Source: Chlorokybus atmophyticus | Taxonomy: Eukaryota > Plantae > Mesostigma and Chlorokybus algae | DNA: 64,000 nucleotides | Direction of reading: 5' to 3' | Assembly (NCBI GenBank): GCA_009103225.1 | Contig: RHPI01000773.1 | Coordinates: 210,003-274,002, forward strand | Shown: positions 12,701-25,053 of the stretch, piece by piece | Layout of the letters: each line of letters opens with the position of its first letter | Position numbering within the stretch: the first letter of the stretch is position 1 | Program-made: the position numbers and the translations under genes | The notes under the pieces: model-generated | Told to the model about the DNA's origin: nothing | Seen by the model: only the letters and a program-made list of their open reading frames with translations | Database searches by the model: none

Positions 12701-13430
12701 AGTTGCACGTGATGTTTAAGGAGAATTGCGGTGCATACCCTAGAGTGGCGAAAGCCAACCTTGCAAACGGTGCAAGGCCTGGAGACACGGGGGAGTGCAA
12801 CAACATGGTTGATGTAGATGGCTTAACGTGGCCATAATGATGCACCAACGGCAAGAGTTAGCCACAGTCATGCCAAATTGCATGTACAATTGCTTGAACC
12901 TGCAACATGCAGCCCTACGCACAATTTATGTGTTCTACATGTACGTGTGCGTGCATGTGCATGTGCATCAAACTGCTTGGTTTGGCTGTGCTGCACTCTT
13001 TTCACGACTGCTGCATGTCCGTTATGACCCTTGTGTATGGATGGATTGTGTGTGTGCGCATGCTTGTGTACCAGGTCCATTGCCTTCATGCTGTGCCCGA
13101 TTGTGCCTGATGGGCACCGATTGTCTAGCAGAGAGTGACCGCATGCATAAGTGTACAATATGCCCATGTTGTTCAATTGTCTATTGTGTCCGCATGCTTA
13201 TAGGGTGTGGACCAGCTTTATTGTTGACCTGCTATGTGCGTATGTGCGGTGATGTGTTGTGTGCGCTTGGCACAGTGTGACAGCCCATGCGGATTTGCCA
13301 TGCACAGCGTCGTGGTCTGCATGGTAGCATGCATGCGAGCGCAATGTATACATCTGCTTGTTTGGACCGATGTGGTGTGTATTTTGCATGCACGTGTGGA
13401 AGTGCAAGAATGATGACGTCGCAAATTTTA

Positions 13431-13780
13431 CACGGTGACTGACTAAGGACTGAGGGACTGACTGGTGCCTAGCCTGCCTAAGCCTGCCTGTTTGCCTGAA
13501 ATATTACTTTTGGCTTGTTGGGTTTGCCGTCGGCTTAAGTGGACTGATGCAGCGGACGGCCGCGGGCCGAAAGTGGTTGTCAGTGGCACTAACCGGCCGA
13601 GAGTTGTCAACCAGTTACCCTTTGGTCGACGTGCACAGACGGCCGTTAGCCGATAGTTACGGACAGCTGACAGCAATAGCCGGCAGTTTTTTGCCGTTAC
13701 ACTGCTGTTAATATGTGACCCTTGCCGTTTGACAAAAGTTGGCAGTTCTTGCCGTTAGCCAACACTAACATGCCATGCAG
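13431..13780 (+). mobile_element. Candidate left terminus and subterminal repeats of the Plavaka element
   Basis: Starts CACGGTGACTGACT after TTA, followed by GACTGA/GCCT and TTGCCGTT repeats. Similar to 5027-5085 (TACTGTGACTGATCAGGGACTAACGGGTGCCT). No matching right end was found. Confidence 0.4.
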
Positions 13781-14059
13781 CTTGTACAAACTTTAGACTG
13801 ATTGTTTGGTCTTGCACCCATAAGCCCACAATATATACAATGTACCGGTAGTGGTGAGAGTATGTCCACTTGCAACTGAGCAGCCGACTTGCGCATGAAA
13901 CTACCCTATAACATTGAGTCTAGCTGTCGGACTCATGCGCAGCTTGTCAACCCGTGGTGCCTGCCTCAGAACTCCTCCTCAAACCCCTTCCTCTTGTTCC
14001 TCCTCCAACAAGTCTCCTGCTTCAACGCTGGAGTCATCTTCATCCGCTGCCTCGCTCGC

Positions 14060-15023
14060 TTACAATACAGCGGCTACTTCGTCCTTCAGCTTGAATGTCA
14101 GCGCCTCGCCGTGCACGCGCATGCGCTCGATGGTCGCTTTGAGAGTGACCACCTGCAATTGGTAATGCTGTAAGAGTGGCGTGCTGCCAGAGGACTAGCC
14201 CATCAGCATACACACGCTTACCTCGTCTTCCGCTTCGTTGCACTCCGCCAGGTAGACAGGCAGCCTGCCGCGCTGCTCTCGGTTCAGTCTAACCAACATG
14301 GCAATTTGCAAGCATACTGCTTAGTTACCGCTGTAAACATTACATCAAACTAGGTCATGGAATACCCGTTCGTGGTACTCCGCAGCTTCTCTTTTGCGAC
14401 TTGTGAGCTCCCGCAAGTAAAAATAGGCTGTGCATTTGCGAGATTGGTCATGCTGTTCATGTGCATGACACTGGAGGTTGTGCATGAGGGTGTGCATGTG
14501 GTATTGACAGTGTATGTCAAGTGCAAGATACTTGAGGCTGTGCATGTGCAAGATAAAAGAACCCTAGCATGTGGCATTGACAGTGCATCGTAACCCACCT
14601 TGGTTATGCCAGTCTTGTTTGGTCCCTTCAATCATGTCGCCGTGGTCGCAGCTGCTGATGGGTCGGATTTTCTTAGAGGCAGTATTGTGGTGTGCCTTTG
14701 CCCACTCGGAGGGGGAGCCCTGTAAGATATCGCCCGAGTCACTGTTGTCATTGGCTGTGCCCTTGGTAGGCATGATGGGGTTTGACACCCAGGACACCTC
14801 TCCGGCACCCTGCCCGCCCTGTGCGAACATGGAATTCATCCCGAACCTCGACCACAATGCCCACTACGCCCCTGGCAGCGCCGCCAACGATCCTCCAAAC
14901 GCCACATACCCTCGGCATCACGCCTCTGTAAGGGCATAGCTTGGCGGAGCTATCAATGGTGTTTTCATGCGCAGGGGGACTGACATTGCCAGAGTTGTCA
15001 ATGGTACGAACTGCCATTGCCAT
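14060..15023 (-). CDS. Hypothetical multi-exon gene divergent from the transposase
   Basis: ATG at 15023. Exon peptides CPYRGVMPRVCGVWRIVGG..., AYFYLRELTSRKREAAEYHERVFHDL, LNREQRGRLPVYLAECNEAEDE|VVTLKATIERMRVHGEALTFKLKDEVAAVL*. No recognisable domain. Confidence 0.4.
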
Positions 15024-15285
15024 TGTNGCGGTCGCGGCGGCGGCGGCGGGTGTGCGTGTTGCTGGATATAATGCAGGTTACATTGGCGACACCTGTGTCG
15101 ACGTTAGTCGTGAGATACGGGAGTCCTTGGTCCGTATTGCCACATGCGCTTTGCCACACGCAGCTCGTTCTACATGCACATTATTAGCAGCAGGGCGTGC
15201 AAGCAGATCGAGCTATGTCGGCCAGCGTCCATAACAGTACGATGCGGGTCATGTTGAACTGGGGAGTTCAATCCAGGATGCGCAC

Positions 15286-18244
15286 ATGCTAAATGCTGAA
15301 GGATTCTTCCAGGAGACACACGCACAGCAGCAACAGGAGGAGGAGGAAGTAAACGAGGGCTTTCGATGTGTGCCTGAGAAACCTGTCGCACGCCAACATG
15401 GAAGTGGAGGCGTCCCTTCGCACGCGTCGAAATCCAGGTGGTATGGCTCGGAGCATGCTCTTGCAGTGGCATTCGTGCAGTGCAACAACGGTCAAGGCCT
15501 GTCGGCCTCCGACATGGGGCGGATCATCAAGTGCATCCGAAATGCACACTCCCTGACGGACGAGCTCCAGTGGGAGACCGGTGTGCATGTGGCCAGCTAC
15601 CTCCGGACCACAATTGCTTTCTCTCAATCTGAGGTGTGTTCACGGTGTGCGGTGCATGTGCTTCAACCATTAGAGCCATGTCACATATGCACATGCGAGT
15701 GTGCTGCCGTATCAGAACTACGTGACGGCTGACCTGCGCAAGCCTGGAGACCCTGAGGATCAGGACATCAGCGTCACATATATGCCGGCGAAGGTCTGTG
15801 AAATGCAGTACCTAATGCAATATCGATGCACTATCTATTTCGAGGCCAGCATAGTAAGTAATGCTCTTGGTCAGAGCAGGTATGGCTCGCGCGGTTGTAT
15901 GGCAATCCACATGCCGCAAATGGCTTCAATCTCCAGTACACTGGTGACGAGCATAGCTTGGCCATCCTTCCACGGGCGATTGGTGGAAGGATGTGGAGGT
16001 GGATTTGAGGAGAGAGGTGGGGAAGCGTCCTACTTGGCGCCTGCCATTGTGTGCAGTGACAAGACCACGCTGGACAGTGCGGGCAAGCGCTCTGGCTACC
16101 CTCTGATGGCATCGCTTGCCAACTACAGTTGGGACATGCATGCTAGCAACATGGGGGTTGTTATGATAGCGCTTCTGCCGGTGGTTCACGCAGTGGCCGG
16201 GCATCCACCTGGGCGCAGGGCAAGGAATCGTTCTCCATTCGGAAACGTGAGTTTTTTATGACGCTTTGAATGTAGTGTCAGGGGATGTGAATCGGGCGAG
16301 TTGGAAAGGTCAGCAGCTCATTGATCGGAATGGCATCGAGCGTCGCGTGTTTCTTGCGCTTGCCAACTACATCAATGACTTGCAGGTAGTGGGCATGAAT
16401 GATTGTAACCAGATGCAGCCTGCCAGCAAATAGTGCATGGAGGATGCTGTCAGTAAAACATTTGAGTTTGTCGTGTTGTAGGAGACTGCCACACTCGCAC
16501 GCACTGTGTCGGGCAACCAAACACGACATCCTTGCGATGTTTGTCTTGTCACCAAATCATATCTGTTAGAGATGGATGAGGATCGAAAATTAAGAACCGA
16601 GGCCTTCTATACACCAGCAATACGTCAGCTGCGGGCGAACCTGCATAGCGGTGTTAGGAATGCACGCCAGACAGCTAAGGCTTTCAAAGAGCAGCACTCC
16701 ATGCATGTCGAGGAGGTAATGGTCAAATTATACGCATTCGTGAGGATGAATGGCTTTGTGTGAAACCAGGCAACGTGGTTTGGCAACAAAATGCACTGTG
16801 GGGTTGGCGACAGTCGCGGGTGCCGGGAGCTGACTGCTACTCTCGTTTTGCCTGATGCAATGCATGTGCTGGAAGGCATCATTGACCACCTGCTTGCTGC
16901 TGTGTACGACGCCGCGAAGGAGCGAATGCGTCCATCCACGAGACAGATTCTGCAAGCCAGGCACGTCATTGGTGTTGCTTTTGTGCTAGACACAAAAGCC
17001 AACGATACGTGCTCACAAGCAGATGTGCACAGGCTGAATGCATGCAAGGCGACTCTGCGGGTTTCGCACTTCAAGGCACCCACAAGCACAGTAGATTTCT
17101 TCCTGTCCGACCACTCCTTTCAGGTGGTGGAAAAAGTGGTGGTGCTGCAGCTGCTGCCGGTCCTCGCAGACGGTTTGCTGCTCGACAGTGAGGGCAACGA
17201 TTTCTGCACCATTGCTGCCGCATCGCTTGCCTAGTGGAACAAGAAGTTGCTCAAGGCACATGAACACACAAGAGAGACCCTGACCACATCCGACAACGAG
17301 CTGGCTGCCTTTAAAGCTGCAGTGTTGCATCCGCTACTGTCGTCATATTCTGCACAGAAGTCAGGTTGGAAGATCGAGAAGATGCATCAGCTCACTCATC
17401 TTGGGCCGGCAATTGTCAGCAGTGGACACCGAGATTGGTTCAGCGCCAACCGCATGGAGCAGACGCACGCCTAAAATATCAAACGGTGGGCGCGTGGTGG
17501 CAACAACCGGGACTACCATGCACGTATCCTGAAGGCATGGAGCTGTGCGAAATATGTGAGAGAGGATGGCATGGCCGTGGATCCCGAGATGCGCTCGGTC
17601 ATGGCGCAGGCGCGGCAGCAGTGCTGTAATGTCATGGAGAAGATGGACAAGTTGCTATGGATCAATGTGCTGAGAAGGAGGGAGTCCAGCCCGTACTGCA
17701 GCGGATCTGCGCGTAGCCGCCAAGTCGCCTTGAAGACTCCATTCGCCGACAAGCTGCCTGCCGCCCTGGACAGCTGGTTGAGGAGGGAACAACTGGAGTT
17801 GGCCGACGGGTGGCGCGCTGTTCGCGTGGTGAACGGAGGCGCAGCGGTGTATATGACATCCGGAGTCAGCATGGCGCGCGCAACTGGGATGTTCCATGGG
17901 CGGCCTTGGTTCTCTACACTTGAGTTAGAAGGTGATGAGAACGGTGTGAACGTGACGTGGTGGGCTCAGGCACTCCTTTTTTTGGGCGTGGTGGTGTGGG
18001 GTGGTAGCGGCGAGCGCGTGTGGAAGGAGGTCGTGTTGTCCGCTGGTACACGAAGCTGGATGTGACGAGCGACATAAAGTGCATCGCTCTGGAAGGGGAA
18101 AAGCGTCGAGGCGGTCCACATTTCGATGTCGTGACTCTAAAGCAAGTAAAAGGCATTGTCCAGCTGCTCCCCATGTTTGACAAGGACAGCGCGCGTGTAC
18201 AAGAGGGCAAGTATTGGGTGAACGTCCACTGCACTTCCACGTGA
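15286..18244 (+). pseudogene. Plavaka-family (CMC-related) DDE transposase, disrupted
   Basis: Motifs in the expected order: HPSTGDWW, AIVCSDKTTLDSAGKRSGYPLMASLAN (D1), LANYINDLQE (D2), HPCDVC, PDAMHVLEG, KIEKMHQLTH...SANRMEQTH (E), RATGMFHGRPW, VRWY...VQLLPMF...YWVN. GT-AG introns. In-frame TAG 17232-34 and TAA 17472-74, plus several frameshifts. Confidence 0.85.
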
Positions 18245-18447
18245 CACATGTACTTGTCTTACTGCTCTGAGTTTGTAGCATTTCAGTAAGTTAGGCATTG
18301 CTAATCATATGCTAAGACTTTTGCATGTGGATGTGTACGATACCGGGCAGCTGTCACTGCACAACTGTCACCACAATCGAATGTGCCATGCAACATTTAA
18401 GAATCAGTCCGCCGTGTGGCATTAAGCATCAATACAGTGCACCACAC

Positions 18448-19400
18448 TCAAGCCTCATAGTTCCATGACACAGCAGGGTAGTCATAGCGCATATCCATTG
18501 TTTCAAGCATGAGACGCCCTATGCACTCCGCCATTGCGGGAGGAACTGCATTCGCTATAAAAACGGCCGAGGTCATCCATGGCACTCCCAGCGCTGATTG
18601 CCACGCAGCAATGCCGCCCCTGGTGCTTGAAAGGCCATAGACTGGGTACATCTGCTGTGGCGCGTTTGATGTCACAATTGTCTTCTTCGCGCTAGCGGAC
18701 AGATGCGGCAATAGCAGTCCAACTGCCTTGCCCGCGTGCTGGTGGGGTAGCTACCACTGGCGGTGTCTCAAACAGACGGTGTCGGAAAGTTGATAGGCCA
18801 AACATCGTGCCACAAAGGGACAGATTGGGTCTGAATGAGGAAGCTGCTCCTGGCACATTCTCAATCACAAACTTGACCTGGCTTGCAAGCAGCAGACGTC
18901 GGACGAGCGGTATCATATCCTGATGTCTCTAGGATGTGCCATGTGCCGCCCGTTCAGGTGCCGGGATAGCACCTGAATAGGCCTGGCATGGTGGACTGGC
19001 CCAGCTAAGCTCGTACTTGCTCAGCTCTCCTGCACTTAGGGTGCATACATCGCGGTGTATGAACGGCAGCGGGTACTCAGAGGAGGGACTTATGTCCATC
19101 CCGGTCACGTCAAAGCCTGCGTGGCATAGAGCGATACTGGCACCGCCACTGCCGCAGAATAGGTCGAGTGCCCTTGGTCTGCGTGTGCGTCCAAGCTTGT
19201 TGTCAAATGGCGTGTATGTGGTCCAGGCTGGCCATGGTGCTGGCCAGGGACCAACAATGATGCCGTTCGGGCTTACTTTGCGACTGACGTTCTCCCTTCC
19301 GGCGCGCAGAACATGGCGTGCCCCGTCAACTGATGTGTACGCAAATACGTTGTGCCCTTTCAAGTTAATGGTTTGTAGTCGATCACCGTTATCGTACTAT
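18448..19400 (-). pseudogene. C5 cytosine DNA methyltransferase domain, compact phage/viral type
   Basis: Motif I LDLFCGSGG, II GMDI, III RDV, IV ASPPCQAYS, VI VIENVPGA, VIII FRHRLFE, then ALGVPWM and X NAVPPAMAECIG. In-frame TAG at 18929-31 and one frameshift near 18740. The catalytic domain has no intron. Confidence 0.9.
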
Positions 19401-20163
19401 ACAGTGCTACCCTGCAAAGACATTTTCCATTACACCATGCATATATGATGCGTCCTCAATCTCGCACGCCACAAAGCGATGCTGACCTGACACTTGCTTG
19501 AATGATTCCACAACGCCCGCATACCATTCCCCATTCAGCGGCCAATGCACCATGACACTCACACCGATCAGCTGCTCGCATCCCAACTTAACTGCGTTCC
19601 GCAGCCGATGCAGTGCGCTGTCAAACGGTCGATGGTCTGCCTCCTCTACAGCGGCCAGGGGATGGAAGTGCCCACGCCCACACCCTGGAAGACTGCTCTG
19701 AATGCGACAATAGTTTCAACATGCATGAAATAAGCATACGCCCAACATAACATGCAGTGATACATCGCGGTCCACTCTGCCGAATTACCTCCACAGCATC
19801 CGCCACCTGCCCACTAACCACATGTCCCGGTGTTGTCCATGTGAAGAAGCGCGTGGGTTCCCCTCGCCACTCGAAGCATGGGCGCGAGCACGATTCGCAC
19901 ACGCACTGCACGCAATGTAAAAACTCGGGTTCCTTGCACAGCACTGGGCCGAGGTGGCAGCCAAACACGTCGACATTGTGTGTGGTGTGATGCCAGCAAG
20001 CAGCACTAAAACCGTGGCACACTTTCTGCACTCGCTGGCATTCGGTTAAGTGTGCTAGCATTTGCTGCCTACGGCCATTAGCACATACGTACGCATTGCA
20101 TTGTGGGCACACCAAGCATGGTCTCCTAGGTGAGGGGGATTTAACTGCTGCCGCCGACATCAT
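19370..20163 (-). CDS. Cys/His-rich region plus Tudor-like domain, N-terminal part of the methyltransferase gene
   Basis: MMSAAA...CLVCPQC...HLTEC; CKEPEFLHCVQCVCESCSRPC; then LIGVSVMVHWPLNGEWYAGVVESFKQ...YDNGDRLQTINLKG, which runs in frame into the MTase ORF at 19363. Confidence 0.65.
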
Positions 20164-20206
20164 GCAAAATAGGAATCGGCACGGCTGCCCACAAACTGAG
20201 CGAGAC

Positions 20207-20254
20207 TTTAGGGTATGGGCATCAATTTAGGGTTGCCAGCTTACGAACCCTAAA
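20207..20254. promoter_or_regulatory. Cluster of three telo-box (TTTAGGG/CCCTAAA) motifs upstream of the Tudor-MTase start
   Basis: TTTAGGG at 20207 and 20226, AACCCTAAA at 20246, 45-90 bp upstream of the minus-strand ATG at 20163. Confidence 0.45.
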
Positions 20255-20683
20255 TGGGTCAAACTTCAAGTGAAGCACGACTGTACCAAGAACGCTATTG
20301 CAAAACCATGCATGGTACTACATAAACATGAATGGTACTCCATCTGTTAATGGTACTACAGTACAAGGATACTCGCATACTACCACGATCGTAGAGTAAA
20401 ACTGTGCTGTCATGCCATGGAACCCAGAGCGCTGTCCGAGTTTGTTGCTATCAACCACGCTCTAAATCAACGAGGTATGCAAGCCATGCACTGACTCATG
20501 CGCCGGGCAGTCATAATACACATGTACAGCCAATGCTTCCAACAACAGCAGATCTCTGGTGCACCATGCACTATGCTGCAACTATACATGTACCTACATG
20601 GTTCACAGAAAGCCAACACAAAACTACAACATGCACAATTGTCATTAAAGCGGGGGCCAAGTCACCGCCGACACGTTGGCGTC

Positions 20684-23600
20684 TTACATCAGGCGTGGCG
20701 ACCAAAACGGGTGAGGTTGCTTGCACATGGGACACGCTTGCAGATGCTTTGATTTATTTGCCACACTCTTCTGATGTGCTATAATGCAAACATGGCACAT
20801 CGCTTTCTTGCAACATGGCGTCTCCCCATCCGCCGGAGGGGGGGGCTCTTCAATGTAACAAATCAGCACACATGGTGCACGCGGGTGTGCAAGCTGCCTC
20901 TGCCACCAAAGTCTGTTATTACGTCGCAGGCGTAGCGACTCCCAACTGAATGGCGCAGCATACCGCTCCACTGCCTGCTTGATCACCTGTTGCCCATCTG
21001 CCGCCATACACCACCTGCTGGTCTTGGTGGTCTTATCCAGCATGTGTTCATCCAGGCCCTCGACATGGCTGTCGTCACTCGTGTACTCCCCCGCATCGTC
21101 ATTTATTTCGAGCTTCCACAGAATCAGCTCGACGTGCCGTATGACATACAGCCATTGCCAGCCAAAGCATGCCACGTACAGCTCGAATGGTTGTACTTGC
21201 CACCCAATATGTTTGCTCAGATAGTGGCACACATCTCGACCCGCATTAGTCGACATCGACAGGTACATCTGCTACAGGAGGTCGAAGTTCTGCTCCGCAG
21301 ATAGCTCTTGAACATTGCCGGGTTGCTGCGGCAGCAACAACACCATCATATCGAGGACGGCGAGGGGCATCAACGTACTACGGATGGCCATATCGTGTAT
21401 GGGTTCCAACCACGGCCAATCCCCAGAGGTCTGTTTAGACCGCACTCTCCGCGTTTGCTCCCACTTATTGCATACTTTCGTCACCCACCTCGAGGCATGC
21501 CGCATGCGGTAATGCAGCGCGTCTTGGGCGTACTGTAGGGTGATCAGCTCCTTTACACTACGAGTCAGCCCCTCGAAGCGTCTGCGCGTCGGTGCTTTGA
21601 GCTTAGGCTGCTCGTGCCGCACTGGCTGTCTCTTACAGACGATGCTGAGTAGCCACTTGACGCTGTAAACCCGCCTGTGCCTACTCAGGACACACAATCA
21701 GCCCCAGTGAGGCTTCAAGGCGCTGTGCTTCTTCTAATGTTGTTACGATGCCTCACTTGTCCTTTTTTGGTCCTGTCAGCGTCCTTTGTTCCAACAACCC
21801 TCTTTTTTTTTTTTGTGTCACCCTGCACATCCTGGCAGGCGCTCCGTGGCACTGTCACTCAGAGGAGGTAAGGCGTTATCTTCTTGCTCCACAGCCTTGC
21901 GCTTGTTGGTTGCCTCTCGTTCCTCCACGACCTCATGTTGCTTCATAAGGTCGAGCATGAAGCCTTTGTCTTTCAGCGCAGCTTTCAGGACACCTCAATC
22001 AATCTCTTTACCAACAAGACAAGCTGGGATCAATGTGGCAAGCTTAGAGGGAGAGGGCGAGCTACAGCTGCTTCTTGATGGAGATGCCTTTAAATGGTCA
22101 GAGTGCGGTGGCAAGTGAGTCTCCGCGGCAGGAAGGGAGGGTGCTGAATTGGGATTGCGAGCATGTGGCTGTGGTTGAGGGGAGGCAGGATGTGCAAAAC
22201 ACTCGGCTACTGCTTGCCTAGCACACGAAGGCGAGGCCTGAGGCGTTGGCGCAGCCCTCTGGGTCACAGCCAGTGGTAGCGGGGAATTGGCAACGCCATT
22301 CCGCCACTCTCCGATCAGGTGTGTTACCTCCGGTGCCACTTCATGCATAGGCCACGACCACTGTTCGGTGCTTGCAGGCTTGAGGAGCCAAAAGTGTGCT
22401 TCTGGCTCATCAGGAGCAGTGTTGCCCACCACCAGAACTGAGTTGGGGGCTTCTTTATTTCCAACCCAAACTGCGCTGCCGGACCGTGGCACCCACTCCT
22501 CATGCTCGTGCTGAACGGTCACGCAGCCAATCAACAAGCCAAGCTTGTTGGCAAACATAGTCATCTGCAGGTAACGATGTACAAAACTTTTCTCCGCACG
22601 ATCTGTCGCACTTTAGCCATGGCTAGGTCAATGTTGCAATTGACATCAGCCAACATGGTCGCAGGCAGTTTATCGTAATACTGCGCCATCTCTCCCGCGG
22701 CACCAGTGGCTCTTTGGAAGTCTAGGATTCTACTCGCCACGCCTGCATCGACAGCCTTGGCGGTGATTTTGCGGAGAGTGTGCCCCCTGCCGTCGTCGTC
22801 CATGGTGTCCAGCATGGCCCAAAATCTGCTCGAGCTGGGGCACTTGAGATACTCCAGGACACTTTGCGCTATGGATGGCCTGGCGCAAAATACACAATGG
22901 TAGAAGCAATTACCATCCGTTGGCGCATTGAAGTGGTCTCATGAGGCGAGCTGGCCACCTAGCATGACTAATGGTCGTATGCCGGTTGCGGCCAGCTCTT
23001 CTGATGACTCGCTGGCAGGTGGTGACCCCTGCTGCATGCGCATACAGCACTCAAATGGTGTGTCTAATTGTGGACGGCAAGAGTCACAGTGACTGCTAAA
23101 GTACCTGAGTTTGCGGCAGACTGCCGGCTTCAACTTGCAGCGGGTGGAGTAAGGTAGGTGCAGAAGCCACATCGGTTGTTGCATTGTGCTGTGGTCTCGC
23201 CGGTGGCGGCAAGAAGGATTGTTGCCCCGCAATCACCGGTGCTGCTTGTGGAGGAGATGGCAGTGCATGAAGGACTGGTGCCGCGGAAGGTGGTTGCGCT
23301 CTGGCTGGGAGGGGAGCAGGAGCTGCAGGTGAGACCACTTGTGCATGCAGTAAAGGGGGCTGTATACAGGACCCAGGATAAGATGGCTCACAATGTTGCA
23401 AAGGACGAATATAAGCTTTCGCAGTGCCTGACGCATTGGTACCAAGGCACGAGCATAAAAGATAGCGACTTACCTTAATGGCCCGTGGGCTGCATGGAGC
23501 AGGGGAAGCCATGAGGGCTGACAAGGTGGTATTGGGTGCACTCTCCCCGCCACCCTTGATGGCAGACTCGTCACGGAGCTCGTGAGCCATGGGCACATCA

Positions 23601-24700
23601 TGCGCCACTGCCCCAATGGACATGTCGGGATTCAACAGGCCAACATGCATGTTAAACTGATGCCGCATTGCCGCCGCGCCCATCAGCAAGTGGGATTGAA
23701 GGACCAGTTGATGGGATTGAATCCAGGCTTGCATAGGAGCTCCAACAGGACCTAGTGCACTGTGGTGCTGTCAACCAATCACATGTGGGTTAGCTGCATG
23801 CTTGCGACACTGCAATTGCAATAGTCAACTGCGTCACACCGTCATCAGTTGGTTGCTTCGAACAGTCACCTGCGGCATTGCTGGTTGATGCACTATTGGT
23901 TGAATGCCGGACGAATGGCCACGCGCTCCTGTGCTCAAACCCAGCCTACTTCGTTCGGCACGCGCGCGCGACTTCGCACGCTCACGCACATCCTAGCATG
24001 CAAAGGTAGGCATGCATTGGAGCCGACATTGCAGTCAACATGCACAGCGAGATTGGCAACAACATACCGCCGCCCAGCTCTGTCTATCTGCTCTTGCTTC
24101 CGCAATGTCGGCTTGACTGTAGGGTGGGTATGGGTGAATAGTGGAGGCCTGCAGCCACGCTACATATATCACATGGACTGCGCTAAAAAACAAATTGCTC
24201 TTGCAAGGAAATGCATGTGACTGTTGAGCGTACCTCTGCATTCCTTTGTGCTTGTTCCCACAGCCGCAATTGATCCCACATGGTTCTGACAAGGGGCTCC
24301 AAGGATTGCAGCTCCTGATCCACTCCTTGTTGCAGAAAGCGAGCCACCAAGCAACTCTCTGTGTGATGATGGTCATCAATGGCTTGCCTGCTGGTTTGTC
24401 CAATGTTGGTGATGCATGTTGGACAGCCCCATTGCTGACGCCTGCCATGATCCATGTCGTGGCGACCGTTATAGCTGGCTTTGCTGCTTGAACTCTTACG
24501 ACCACAACTTCTCGCAAACTGTGCCACGCCGCCGCCGCCGCCGCCGCCGCCTCCTTCGAGTCCTGGTCCTCCGCCTCCTAGTCGAACCCAGGCCCATCAA
24601 GCCTGACATTCGACCCGTCATCGACCTGGTGCCCTTGCGTGCCATCATCCGGCCATCAATGAAGCGTGTTTGGGTGAGTGCACGATAACTCTCATTTGGG
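20684..24700 (-). pseudogene. Long multi-exon orphan gene (or two genes) ending in a RING-type zinc finger
   Basis: C-terminus CVLIC...PCCKKAMCHVC...CPMC. ORF 21272-21697 continues through an in-frame TAG into ORF 20684-21268. Upstream coding-like exons reach ~24.6 kb, with stops and frameshifts. Confidence 0.55.
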
Positions 24701-24715
24701 CTGATCGAGCAATGC

Positions 24716-24872
24716 CTCTGTCGTACCATGGATGGTACGACAGAGCCATTGTACGGCAATGGCTGGGGTTGGACGAGAGATGCCTCTGTCGTACCATAAA
24801 TGTTACGACACAACCATTGTTACCAATGGTTGTACGAAGCATGGATGGCACGAATGCATAAGTCGTACCATC
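24716..24872. repeat. 14-bp hairpin and repeated GTCGTACCAT motifs between divergent genes
   Basis: CTCTGTCGTACCAT-gg-ATGGTACGACAGAG at 24716-24745; motif repeated at ~24785 and ~24862. Confidence 0.85.
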
Positions 24873-25053
24873 AACCATAGGAGCAAGGACGCACTACAAG
24901 TGCGACTCTAGTGCGGGACTCTAGACGCTTAAAACCGCCTCATTTTCGTTTTCGCGCCTCGTATATTTGAGCGGGCCAACCGGCGGCGGCAGGGTTGGAG
25001 GCGGCAGCGCCACTATCAGCTAAACAGGCGGCACCGGACTATCAGTTGGAGAG

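Noticed and set aside
24246-24400. NPWSPLSEPCGINCGCGNKHKGMQR as a pre-SET/AWS motif
   Set aside because: No SET domain follows in any frame I could read
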